Shown one piece after another: positions 8,831-18,139 of a DNA stretch of 64,000 bases. Position 1 is the stretch's first letter; each line of letters begins with the position of its first letter. A model generated the notes under the pieces. It saw only the letters and a list, made by a program, of their open reading frames with translations. It did not search any database and was not told the DNA's origin. A program made the position numbers and the translations under genes. The stretch is from positions 4,499 through 68,498 of the forward strand of contig LURR01000004.1 of assembly GCA_001628485.1 (NCBI GenBank), read 5' to 3'. The DNA comes from Marine group II euryarchaeote REDSEA-S11_B3N4. Lineage in GTDB: Archaea > Thermoplasmatota > Poseidoniia > Poseidoniales > Thalassarchaeaceae.

Positions 8831-9709
8831 GTGGAAATTCGCAAAGTAGGGATCGTCGGTGCTGGTGCCATGGGCTCTGGCATAGCGCAGGTTTGCGCTC
8901 AGACCGGATGGGAGACGGTACTCTATGACGCATTTCCTGAATCTCTGAAGAAGGGCGAGGAGAGCATACTGAGTTTCTGGAAGAGAGGCATAGAGAAAGG
9001 TAAGACCAGCGAGGTTGAGGTTTCATCATGGAAGGCTAACCTGCGTACCTCTCCGGACATAGAGGAGGCTTCCAGGGGGATGGACCTGATTATAGAGGCA
9101 GTGCCCGAGAGGATTGAGCTGAAGAAATCAGTCTTCCGAGAATTAGAAGGATTGGCACCAAAGGAGTCAGTTCTGGCGACAAATACTTCTGGCCTATCTA
9201 TTTCAGAGATTGCTGCAGAGATCGAAAATTCCGGGAGATTTGTCGGTTTGCACTTCTTCAATCCTGTTCCGCTGATGCCATTACTCGAGATAGTGAGGCA
9301 CGGAGAAACATCAGAGCAAACGGTCACTATTTCTAAGAAAGTAGGGGAGTCTATGGGCAAGACCACGATACTTGTGAATGACGTTCCAGGATTCGCCACC
9401 AGCAGATTGGGAGTAGTTCTGGGGAACGAGGCAATCAGAATGCTGGCAGAGGGAGTTGCATCAGCGAGTGATATTGACACTGCGATGAAATTGGGTTACC
9501 GCCACCCCATGGGCCCCTTGGAACTATCCGATCTAGTGGGCCTCGATGTTAGAATGGACATTCTGAACAGTTTGGCCGAGGCTTTCGAGGACGAATCATA
9601 CAGGCCCCACCCACTACTGAAAAAACTGGTGGAATCCGGAAATCTGGGTAAGAAGACAGGAAGGGGCATCTACGACTGGACATCTGGTAGCAGGGAAGAG
9701 AGAATTTAG
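8831..9709 (+). CDS. 3-hydroxyacyl-CoA dehydrogenase (3-hydroxybutyryl-CoA dehydrogenase-like)
   Basis: 292 aa. N-terminal NAD motif [32 protein letters not shown] and C-terminal [16 protein letters not shown] are classic 3HCDH blocks. Confidence 0.9.
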   Translation: MEIRKVGIVGAGAMGSGIAQVCAQTGWETVLYDAFPESLKKGEESILSFWKRGIEKGKTSEVEVSSWKANLRTSPDIEEASRGMDLIIEAVPERIELKKSVFRELEGLAPKESVLATNTSGLSISEIAAEIENSGRFVGLHFFNPVPLMPLLEIVRHGETSEQTVTISKKVGESMGKTTILVNDVPGFATSRLGVVLGNEAIRMLAEGVASASDIDTAMKLGYRHPMGPLELSDLVGLDVRMDILNSLAEAFEDESYRPHPLLKKLVESGNLGKKTGRGIYDWTSGSREERI

Positions 9710-9717
9710 CCCCGAGA

Positions 9718-11784
9718 CTACCAAGTTCCTTCGAAGTAGCACTCCCCTGAGCATGTGTCGGTAATCTGACCGCTCAATAGAAAGTCAGTAGCCAGGTCGA
9801 CGGCGGGATCGTATCCCAGAACCTGGTTATGCGCTAGGGAATGGTATTCCATAGGCCCCTGTATGTTTCCCGAAGGTACCTCTGGGAATCTGCCATCGAA
9901 GTAAACTATCGCTGAGCCGGAAACAGGAGCCTCGGTGACATCGAGGCCATAGGGGCGATATGTGGAGTTTGCAAGAACTGGGATCCCCGAAGTTCTAGAG
10001 GCTCGATCCGCAGAGAGTGTTGTGACCTGTGCATCATTGATAGAAACCACGTATAGTATCTCGTAGGGATGTAGTTCCCCGTCCATCCCCCCGTCAATGA
10101 AGGGGAGGTATGTTTCGGGTTCGGTCGTGTCCCACATAGATTGCATTAGTGCTAGAAGAATCGACCTGTCCATTGTAGATTCGTAAGCAAGTGGAGAGGA
10201 GAAAAGCTCCTCAAATTGAGTGTACTGTGTGGATCTCTCGGCAATGAAGCTGAAAGATGAACCTGCTACCCAAAGGACTCCTCGATCAATTTCTGGGATT
10301 AGGGACAGCATAGAAGGGCCCCTGATCCCCCCTAGAGATACTCCCATGTAATCGATATCAGTAGTGTCCACCAAGTTAATCCCGTTATGATAGAATTCAG
10401 GGAGGTCGGAGCAAACCCCTTTGATGGTAGTTATCATGGCAAGATGGTTGATTACAGATTGCTGGAGTCGCTCGGACTGGTGTTGTAGATAGTTCACATT
10501 CATCAATCCGAAGGTGACAGCACCGAAGTCGCCATCTGAACTCCAACCCTTGAAGTCAGTTCCTATTGTGGCCACTCCAGAATCATTAGCCCATCCTCTG
10601 AAGCCAGACACCATGCCCTCTCCATTTCCCAGGAAGCCATGACCTAGGACCACAAGTGGCGCAGGTTGTGAGGAGTCAGCAGCAGACTGGGGGATCGTAA
10701 CTGTAAACACAACCTCTGTCATGAAATTGAATCTGGGAGTTCCGTCCTCATAACGAGTCATAGGAGTTGGTGGATATGTGGATTGAAGGTAGTGAGGGGT
10801 GGTGATAGTCCCACTTATTCTCCTGAGGGTTGTGTTGTCTTCAGCATAGTTCTCAGTCACAGATGTGACATTGCACCCTATGCCATTTTCTCCTAGTAAT
10901 TGGGTCGCATTATTCCTCATCGAGATTATGTCGCCCATGATTGATTGACTGGATGCTGTGTGAAACCACCATGCACTTGTCAGATCTTGCCTTTCGTAGC
11001 CAACCTCGGAAAGAGAGGAGAACATATCTTCGTAGCTGGATCTGAGGGACTCGATCTGTTGATTATCGGTTACTGAACCATCTCTCAACGCCTTGAATCC
11101 CGGGAATGGTTCCACCTGTTCACCGTCTCCATCTATAAGATTCCTGAATGCAACTGCATATTGGGCGTTGTGATCGAGCCCTCTAAGGGTTCGTACATGG
11201 ACGAGGGTTGCCTCGTCTTCCTGTGTTCTGGACGATATTTCCACCCAATGTTCCAGAATCTGGCCAGTGTCCATATTGAGAACCAGACTATTGTGGCCCG
11301 GGAGGGCCGATGAGGGGATGGAGTCTTGGGAGGCTAGTCCGGAAATATTTGGAAGGCTGCTAAACGTAGTAAATATCTGTGTAGACGGGGAGTGGCCATC
11401 CTTGTTATCTAGCATATGAAAATCTTCTGATGGAGCGGAAGCCGAGTCGGGTATAGACTGCCCATCGATGTCCAACCTATACCCGGTAGCGGTTCCGGAA
11501 TCAGAATCAAGGAATGCAGATGAAGGGAATGGCAGAAGGCAATGGTCCGGGTTAGTATTGTCACAGTAACTATTTCCCGATATTGAAATCTCTTCCTCTA
11601 AGTCTCCATCATCCACGGTATTATCTTCGATTTCACAGGAGTCTCCTATGATTGCTGAGCAATCTTCAATTTCTGGATCTTCTGATGTTTCATCACCTAG
11701 ACATCCCGATAGTAACAATAGAGAGACAAGCAGAGTAGCAGTTGTTCCTTGGCGAGACATGGGCACTGCATAACGAATGGACAA
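9718..11784 (-). CDS. secreted lipoprotein, putative alpha/beta-hydrolase (esterase/lipase-like)
   Basis: 688 aa. Signal peptide with lipobox LLLLSGC. Acidic Cys-containing N-terminal region. GxSxG nucleophile elbow YMGVSLGGIRG and a GHGFLG oxyanion-type segment. Confidence 0.55.
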   Translation of the reverse strand: MSIRYAVPMSRQGTTATLLVSLLLLSGCLGDETSEDPEIEDCSAIIGDSCEIEDNTVDDGDLEEEISISGNSYCDNTNPDHCLLPFPSSAFLDSDSGTATGYRLDIDGQSIPDSASAPSEDFHMLDNKDGHSPSTQIFTTFSSLPNISGLASQDSIPSSALPGHNSLVLNMDTGQILEHWVEISSRTQEDEATLVHVRTLRGLDHNAQYAVAFRNLIDGDGEQVEPFPGFKALRDGSVTDNQQIESLRSSYEDMFSSLSEVGYERQDLTSAWWFHTASSQSIMGDIISMRNNATQLLGENGIGCNVTSVTENYAEDNTTLRRISGTITTPHYLQSTYPPTPMTRYEDGTPRFNFMTEVVFTVTIPQSAADSSQPAPLVVLGHGFLGNGEGMVSGFRGWANDSGVATIGTDFKGWSSDGDFGAVTFGLMNVNYLQHQSERLQQSVINHLAMITTIKGVCSDLPEFYHNGINLVDTTDIDYMGVSLGGIRGPSMLSLIPEIDRGVLWVAGSSFSFIAERSTQYTQFEELFSSPLAYESTMDRSILLALMQSMWDTTEPETYLPFIDGGMDGELHPYEILYVVSINDAQVTTLSADRASRTSGIPVLANSTYRPYGLDVTEAPVSGSAIVYFDGRFPEVPSGNIQGPMEYHSLAHNQVLGYDPAVDLATDFLLSGQITDTCSGECYFEGTW

Positions 11785-11801
11785 TTAGTTATGAATTGAA
11801 T

Positions 11802-12857
11802 CTAAGAACTTAGCATTTGGTGGAAGTGATGGACACCTATCTCCTTGGAAGGAGAGTAACGCCCTCTTTCATAAGTCCCTGATGATACCCCCCTTTGTGT
11901 CGATTCTACTACAAATTGATCTTCCTCCTCGACCTTGTCCAAGTCCCCTCCGGCACCCTTCCCTAGGAATTTCTTGTCCCAAACAAATCCATAGTACTCT
12001 ATCCTGGTTCGATCAACTGACAATGGGATGACTAAGTTGACAGATAAGCCCCATGGGTAGAAGTTGAGCATTAGACCTGGATAAATCCAGTAATAATAAG
12101 CTGCAACTTTTAGCCCGAAGTCGGGTGATTCCTCAGGAATCTCGAAGATGGTTTCTCCGTCGCTAGCGATACCAATCTGTAGCACTCCACCATCGAAAAT
12201 CTCAGTTCTATAATCATCGTAGTCCAGAGCATTATTTAGGTCATTGTGAACAAATGGGATGTGGAAGCCCTCCAAGTAATTATCAACGTACAGGGCCCAA
12301 TTTGCTCTGATTTCATAGTACCTATTTCTGGAATGGTCATATTCGAATTTCTCTATTGGCATCCATCCAATCCTAGCTTCCATCTCTTTCAAGCAGGCTT
12401 TCAAACCAGATGGCTCTAAACCAGTGAAAATCAATCCCTTCCAGGATATAGAAGGGAATGTTCTGAGATTGTCTTGAGCACTCGGAAAGTCTTCTGTCAG
12501 GTCGAACTCGGGCATCGATTTCATAGTCCCGTCTAATCCAAAGGTTCGACCGTGATATGGGCACTGAAGAGTGCTTCTGGAGCAACTTCCATCCACCAAT
12601 AGCATTCCTCTGTGGGTGCAAACATTCGATATGCATCTGACATCATCTCCGGATACCAATATCATTGGCTCCCCCAGCAAACTCTCTAGATGTCTCAGCT
12701 CAATTGCCGACTTGCCTGAAAGTTGGCTCTCGTGGGCTGCAAAGTGCCAATTCATCGAAAATCCCTCCATGATGTGCTCGAACTTTTCAGGATCTGTGTA
12801 GAATGCCGAAGGAAGGGTGTGAGCTTTCCGAATATTGGGGTCAATAATTGCAGACAA
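11802..12857 (-). CDS. Rieske [2Fe-2S] non-heme iron oxygenase, alpha-subunit-like
   Basis: 351 aa. Rieske motif CTHRG...(16)...CPYHG. Downstream mononuclear iron motif EGFHIPFVHNDL. Size like small Rieske monooxygenases (KshA/CntA class). Confidence 0.8.
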   Translation of the reverse strand: MSAIIDPNIRKAHTLPSAFYTDPEKFEHIMEGFSMNWHFAAHESQLSGKSAIELRHLESLLGEPMILVSGDDVRCISNVCTHRGMLLVDGSCSRSTLQCPYHGRTFGLDGTMKSMPEFDLTEDFPSAQDNLRTFPSISWKGLIFTGLEPSGLKACLKEMEARIGWMPIEKFEYDHSRNRYYEIRANWALYVDNYLEGFHIPFVHNDLNNALDYDDYRTEIFDGGVLQIGIASDGETIFEIPEESPDFGLKVAAYYYWIYPGLMLNFYPWGLSVNLVIPLSVDRTRIEYYGFVWDKKFLGKGAGGDLDKVEEEDQFVVESTQRGVSSGTYERGRYSPSKEIGVHHFHQMLSS

Positions 12858-12875
12858 GGTTAGCGCCGAACATCC

Positions 12876-13373
12876 CTAGACGCATTCTGATGTAGGCATT
12901 TCGACATTGACCATATGCTCGGCGAAGCTCTCGACTCGCGCTTTATTGACTCCTAGATCAGAAACACCGAGGCGTGACTGTGAGTAAACATACAGTACGC
13001 TATCGCCATTATCACAGAAACCTTGCACTATGAAGTCGTCTGGGAACCTCAGGATTAGAGTTCTGAATACTGCATGGGTTTGATTGGGCCAATCTCCTAT
13101 GGTACTTGTTCCCGATTGGGATTCAATCCATTCCCTGACTTCATCCATTACCTCGAGTAAACTAGCGTTGATTCTAATCTCTGTGAGGTTTCCACTTCTA
13201 TGGTGATTTGGTGCGATTAATGAGCAATTAATCGAATCTTCTGGACATTTGGTTGGGAAATTTTCCGGTTCTATTGGGTTATCTGGGGCTGCAATTTGTA
13301 TGGCAAATACTACTCCAGCATATGTGATAATAATTCCAAACACGAGCAAGTAGGCTCTACCTTCCTTACTCAC
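12876..13373 (-). CDS. membrane-anchored hypothetical protein
   Basis: 165 aa with one N-terminal TM helix (LLVFGIIITYAGVVFAIQIA). ATGA start/stop overlap with upstream grpE suggests co-transcription. Confidence 0.45.
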   Translation of the reverse strand: MSKEGRAYLLVFGIIITYAGVVFAIQIAAPDNPIEPENFPTKCPEDSINCSLIAPNHHRSGNLTEIRINASLLEVMDEVREWIESQSGTSTIGDWPNQTHAVFRTLILRFPDDFIVQGFCDNGDSVLYVYSQSRLGVSDLGVNKARVESFAEHMVNVEMPTSECV

Positions 13374-13936
13374 GAGTCAACCTCAGCGACAACGACTTTT
13401 GATGCTCTGAGGATGCGGTCGTGCATCCTGTATCCAGTTTCGATGACTTCTATTACACTACCGGGATTTTTTCCTTCTGGGCAAGGTACTGTGGCAATCG
13501 CCTCCATGCAAGTAGGATCGAAGTCATTTCCCAAGGCTTTGATCTCATGGATTCCCTCTGCCTCTAGAGATGACCTGAGTCCATCGAGGGTAAGTTTCAC
13601 GCCTGCAATTACTGACTCTGTCCCATCACCTACTTCTGTGGCTTCTAGAGCCTTGGAAAGGTGGTCTAAAGCTGGAATGAGCCTCCTAGCGAGAGAGGCG
13701 CCGCCGTACTTCAGAGTCTCAGAACGGTCCCTAGCAGCTCTTTGGGCGATGTTTACTGTTTCTGCCTTGGCATATTGGAGTTCCTCCTCCAGTTCGGAAA
13801 CCCTAGCCTCGAAGTCTACTTCCTCAGTAGATGATTCCTCTGACCCGCCGTCTTCTGACTCTTCTGCCACAATGTTGGGCCGTGATAGTCCCTCAAGAAG
13901 CCAATGGTCAATCTCAGTCGGAGTAGAAGTATTCAC
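13370..13936 (-). CDS. grpE: nucleotide exchange factor GrpE
   Basis: 188 aa. Coiled-coil N-terminal part and the C-terminal GrpE β-domain (GVKLTLDGLRSSLEAEGIHEI...FDPTCMEAI...VIEVIETGYRMHDRILRASKV). Confidence 0.85.
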   Translation of the reverse strand: MNTSTPTEIDHWLLEGLSRPNIVAEESEDGGSEESSTEEVDFEARVSELEEELQYAKAETVNIAQRAARDRSETLKYGGASLARRLIPALDHLSKALEATEVGDGTESVIAGVKLTLDGLRSSLEAEGIHEIKALGNDFDPTCMEAIATVPCPEGKNPGSVIEVIETGYRMHDRILRASKVVVAEVDS

Positions 13937-15683
13937 CGGATGATTTCTGCTCTCGGTCCTTCCTGCTAGAAGGCTTGTTTATCCTTGGACGATGTGATTC
14001 TATGTCCCTCCTGAAAGTAACATCGGCATCGGATAGAAAAAGGTTCATTCCCTTTCGGAGTGATAATGGCCCGATGGCCTTTCCATGATTCCCTCCCTCC
14101 CCTTGGAATACCAGAACAGAGTCGCTAACTATGTCAAGGAAGTAGGTGTCATGGTCTATGACCATCGCAGCCTTCTCATTACTTTCCATGGTCCTCCTGA
14201 TTGCTTTTGCAGCTTCCATTCTGGCATTGGCATCTAGATGTGCACTGGGTTCGTCGAACAGATAAAGATCAGCCTCCTTTCCCAAGCAGATAGCGATACT
14301 GACGGCCTGAAGTTCTCCTCCTGAAAGTTTAGTCGAATGCAAGTCAACCATTTTGTCAACTTGTAGGGCCCTAGTTACTTGGGTATGGAATTCGCCACTT
14401 CGCCATTTTCCTCCTATCTCCGTATCTAGCCATTCTTGTACGGTTCCATCGAAGTCTGCACGGACGTGCTGAGGTTTGTAGGATACCTTGGCATCCATGG
14501 TGCACCAACCTTCGTCGGGATCTATCTCTCCTGCAATTATCTTCACCAGAGTTGTCTTTCCTGTGGCATTGGGACCAACTACTCCAACGACTTCGGCGGA
14601 CTTCACCTCGCCCTTTCCTGTGGTCAGGCTGAATTCTCCTAGAGTCTTCTCTATGTCTCCCCATTTTAGGATTGGAGTGCCTACCTCTTCACCGCGATTT
14701 CGTCCCCTCAGGAACTGTATCGGCTTGTCTCTAATCCTGACATTCTCTTCTGGGAGGAACCCGTCAAGGTATGCATTAATCGCAGTCCTAGTGGATCTGG
14801 GGGGAGTGAAAATCCCATAGGCCGATCGCTCCCCATAGATGACGTGAATCAAATCGCAGAGAACATCCAGAATTGCCAAATCGTGCTCTACTACCAGTAC
14901 CCTCTTTCCCTTTTCTGCTAGCTCCCTAACCACTCCCACCATCCTCATTCTCTCATATATGTCCAAGTATGAAGATGGCTCATCGAAGAAGTAGACGTCG
15001 GCCTCCTTGAGTAGGGTAGCACAAATCGCCACCCTCTGCAATTCGCCACCAGAGAGATCCCCAAGTTTTCTGACTAGAATATGGGAGATTCCCATTAGTT
15101 CAGTGTAGTATTCAATTTCTCCCCTATCATCTACTCTTGCTAGAAGTTCCCTCACTTCTCCATCGAATATACGTGGTAACTTATCGATGTACTGGGGTTT
15201 TACCGCAATGCTGACCTCTCCTGTAGAAACCATTCCGAGGTAGTCTCTGAGTTCACCTCTTGGGAACGTGGAAATTACCTCGTCCCAATCTGGTGATGAA
15301 TTTTCCCAATCCCCGAGATTTGGCCTGAATGTTCCAGAAAGGAGGTTTATGGCTGTGGACTTCCCAATTCCATTAGGGCCTAGTATTCCTACTATCTGCT
15401 CTTGTCGAGGAGAAGGCAGGCGGAACAATCTGAATGCGTTCTCACCGTAGGAATGAGTTAGGTCAGTGTCTAGTTCCTCTGGGAGATTGATGATCTTTAC
15501 GGCCCCATCGGGGCAGTGCTTGGCTCGGGTGAAGCAAACGGGACATGCCGTCTCCAGTATCTTGCATTTTGACCCCTCTACCTGAATACATTCTCTTTCG
15601 CACATCTCTGAATACTTCTTCAGATACGCAAAGGCATTGCTGTTCGGTTTGCACCTCTCCTCTAGTAGAACAGCCACTCTCAT
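13914..15683 (-). CDS. abce1: ribosome-recycling ATPase ABCE1 (RNase L inhibitor homolog)
   Basis: 589 aa. N-terminal Cys-rich FeS domain (CKP...CPVCFTRAKHCPDGAV) and two ABC ATPase cassettes (GPNGIGKST / GPNATGKTT, LSGGELQ signatures). Confidence 0.9.
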   Translation of the reverse strand: MRVAVLLEERCKPNSNAFAYLKKYSEMCERECIQVEGSKCKILETACPVCFTRAKHCPDGAVKIINLPEELDTDLTHSYGENAFRLFRLPSPRQEQIVGILGPNGIGKSTAINLLSGTFRPNLGDWENSSPDWDEVISTFPRGELRDYLGMVSTGEVSIAVKPQYIDKLPRIFDGEVRELLARVDDRGEIEYYTELMGISHILVRKLGDLSGGELQRVAICATLLKEADVYFFDEPSSYLDIYERMRMVGVVRELAEKGKRVLVVEHDLAILDVLCDLIHVIYGERSAYGIFTPPRSTRTAINAYLDGFLPEENVRIRDKPIQFLRGRNRGEEVGTPILKWGDIEKTLGEFSLTTGKGEVKSAEVVGVVGPNATGKTTLVKIIAGEIDPDEGWCTMDAKVSYKPQHVRADFDGTVQEWLDTEIGGKWRSGEFHTQVTRALQVDKMVDLHSTKLSGGELQAVSIAICLGKEADLYLFDEPSAHLDANARMEAAKAIRRTMESNEKAAMVIDHDTYFLDIVSDSVLVFQGEGGNHGKAIGPLSLRKGMNLFLSDADVTFRRDIESHRPRINKPSSRKDREQKSSGEYFYSD

Positions 15684-15749
15684 GTCTAATCCTCCTTACT
15701 ATTGAATAATACATCTTCCATACGAAATTTGATGATGTGGCTATTACCA

Positions 15750-17000
15750 TCAGAAACCAAAGAATCTGTACCTCGCGTACACATATCCTGCAAGTAGGAT
15801 CTTCTCCGTTTTGGTCAGCTGAATCCTTTCTGTGAAAACATCTCCGTTCTTCTTGGTTATCTTGGCCATAATCGATTGGTAGAAAGATGCCATTGCTGCT
15901 GGGGAGTATCGAGCCGACTTGTCCAGATGGGAGAGTAGCTTGAAGGCACGCTGTCTGTATCCATCGGCTCTGTCCAAATACTCCTCTACGAAAGGAGCCC
16001 ATCCGGGGTGGTTGAGTAGTTCCTTGCCACTCTTGACGTCTTCCTCCGAAATTCCCCATCTTGCTAAATCCTCCATTGGGAGGTATATTCGATCACGCTG
16101 AGCATCTTCTGCTACGTCCCTGATAATATTGATGAGTTGCATGAATACGCCCCAAGACTCTGCATATTCCTTGGCCTTTGGATCGTCGTATCCGTAAATC
16201 TCTATGCAGACCAGACCAACCGTGGACGCAACCCTGTAGCAGTATGAATAAAGTTCCTCGAAGGTCTGGTACCTATTCTTGTGGAAGTCATTCTCCATAC
16301 CACTGATCATATCGTCCAGAAGTTGCCGTTGAATGCCGTATTTTCTGACAGTATCCTTGAGGGCAATAAAAATCGGATCGGTTGAAGTGACATTGCCGTA
16401 AGCTGTGGATAGTTTCTTTCTGTAGTAGAATAGTTGGGACATCTTGTCATTGTAGGTTGATCTATCCAGTACTGGGTCCCCTGGGCTCAGTCTCTCAATA
16501 CTTGATCTGTAGTCCACAGACTCCGGATCATCCGACGATCCTCCTGGGAAAATATCCACGAAGTCCCCGTCTGCGATGTCATCGGCCCTTCTACAGAAGG
16601 CGTAGTATGCCATTATTGACTGTCTCTTCTCTTCCGGGAGGTACTTGAAGGAGTGGTAAAAATTACCAGCCTCCCTACGAGTGAGTTCTTCACAGAATTC
16701 GTATGATGTTTCTATCATATGCTCGGGGATTTCTGATTCTGACCATATTGCCGCGTCTATATGCTTGAATGGATCAAGCAACTCTCCCCTTGATCCTATT
16801 ACCCCCATAAATAGGGCCCCCTCCCTTACTGCCTCAATAGCTGTAATGCTGATTGCTCTAGCTGCTTCCTTTGTTAGGCCGACAGCCGCTCTGACGATAT
16901 CGATCTGTTCTTCTTGGCTGGTTGGTGGTTCCGGAAAAATAGGTTGATGCAGTTGGCCCTCGAGAACGATCTCGATGTCGGAATCCTTGCTCGGCTCCAT
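15750..17000 (-). CDS. squalene/phytoene synthase family protein (paralog 1, ~90-aa N-terminal extension)
   Basis: 416 aa. Asp-rich motif YAFCRRADDIADGD, YSYCYRVASTVG and second motif INIIRDVAEDAQRDRIYLP typical of trans-isoprenyl diphosphate head-to-head synthases (PF00494). Confidence 0.8.
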   Translation of the reverse strand: MEPSKDSDIEIVLEGQLHQPIFPEPPTSQEEQIDIVRAAVGLTKEAARAISITAIEAVREGALFMGVIGSRGELLDPFKHIDAAIWSESEIPEHMIETSYEFCEELTRREAGNFYHSFKYLPEEKRQSIMAYYAFCRRADDIADGDFVDIFPGGSSDDPESVDYRSSIERLSPGDPVLDRSTYNDKMSQLFYYRKKLSTAYGNVTSTDPIFIALKDTVRKYGIQRQLLDDMISGMENDFHKNRYQTFEELYSYCYRVASTVGLVCIEIYGYDDPKAKEYAESWGVFMQLINIIRDVAEDAQRDRIYLPMEDLARWGISEEDVKSGKELLNHPGWAPFVEEYLDRADGYRQRAFKLLSHLDKSARYSPAAMASFYQSIMAKITKKNGDVFTERIQLTKTEKILLAGYVYARYRFFGF

Positions 17001-17105
17001 AACTCCTCAGAAAAGGGCGGCATCGGGGTCCACTTGAATGTCTCTCGAACGCGATTGGAATGCGCATCGTTATTTTTAGAGCTGAAAACACTCGAAAATA
17101 TGTGA

Positions 17106-18113
17106 TCAATCTCTTAGGAGCCTCTTGCTTGAGCCTTTGAATGGGACGGCCATGACGACCTGCTTGACTACCTCTTTGATCTCCGATCTATCAATCTTTA
17201 TCCTGTCTTTTCGATCGAGAACGTTTCTACCCCTGAGTAGGGAAACTGTCCTCTTTCCAATTATTACTGGAAGCATGCATGACCCCCTAAGGCGGAACTG
17301 CGAGTGAGGTATCATTTCGATGTACTGGATTGCTGACTCCAGATACTCAGATGTCAAATCTAGATATTCGTCATAAAGTGGCCTGAAGGACTCCATTTTC
17401 GACTTGTCCAATAGGTCTTGTGGACTCAGGTTGTGTTCTTCCAGACTTTTTCTGGGAATGTAGCATCGACCTAGAGCGAGGTCTGATGGAATATCTCTGA
17501 GAATGTTGATCATCTGTAGTGACTTACCGAATCTGACGCCTTTCTCGAATATCTCTTTCTCCTTCTCAGAGTCTAATTTGAAAAGATGATTTAATGACAA
17601 TCGGGTCCAGAATTCACCCACACTTCCAGCGACTCGATATGCATAGTCATCTAATTCTTCGTCTCTCTCTATGGCGGCGATATCCTCCTCTGCGAGAGAG
17701 AATCTATTCAGATCTAGAATCTGTCCACTGATGATGATTCCCAAGCAAGAGCGAATTGCCTTTTGATCTGAATCAGAGAATCCTTCAATCCTGGACACCA
17801 CTGCCTCTACATTCTCCAGAAGGAGTCCTTCCGATTTATTGGTTTGAAACCGTGAGAAGGAAGACAGTGCCGGAGCGTCCGAGGACCGTCCTTGTGTGAA
17901 ATCATCGTATGACTCTAGAGCCTCCATGAGTTCCTTGGGTTCCCCGCCTTCCGAGTCTGCAATAGTATCAGAAGTCCTTGCGAGCATATACAGAAGGCTG
18001 ACCTGGGGCCTGATTGCCCTGGGCAATTCCTTCAGGGAGAGGTAGAACGAGCGTGATGTCCCCTCGAGAATTGAGTCCAATTTCGAGTTGAATATGCCAG
18101 ACATGGTTACCAA
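17106..18113 (-). CDS. squalene/phytoene synthase family protein (paralog 2)
   Basis: 335 aa. YMLARTSDTIAD (DxxxD), YAYRVAGSVGEFW and INILRDIPSDLALGRCYIP. Tandem with paralog 1 on the same strand. Confidence 0.8.
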   Translation of the reverse strand: MVTMSGIFNSKLDSILEGTSRSFYLSLKELPRAIRPQVSLLYMLARTSDTIADSEGGEPKELMEALESYDDFTQGRSSDAPALSSFSRFQTNKSEGLLLENVEAVVSRIEGFSDSDQKAIRSCLGIIISGQILDLNRFSLAEEDIAAIERDEELDDYAYRVAGSVGEFWTRLSLNHLFKLDSEKEKEIFEKGVRFGKSLQMINILRDIPSDLALGRCYIPRKSLEEHNLSPQDLLDKSKMESFRPLYDEYLDLTSEYLESAIQYIEMIPHSQFRLRGSCMLPVIIGKRTVSLLRGRNVLDRKDRIKIDRSEIKEVVKQVVMAVPFKGSSKRLLRD

Positions 18114-18139
18114 CTACGTCATGCTGGGTGCCTTTGTTC

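Noticed and set aside
13296-13943. 215-aa plus-strand ORF
   Set aside because: It lies entirely antisense to the well-supported grpE gene. The Ser-rich low-complexity translation is a typical shadow ORF.
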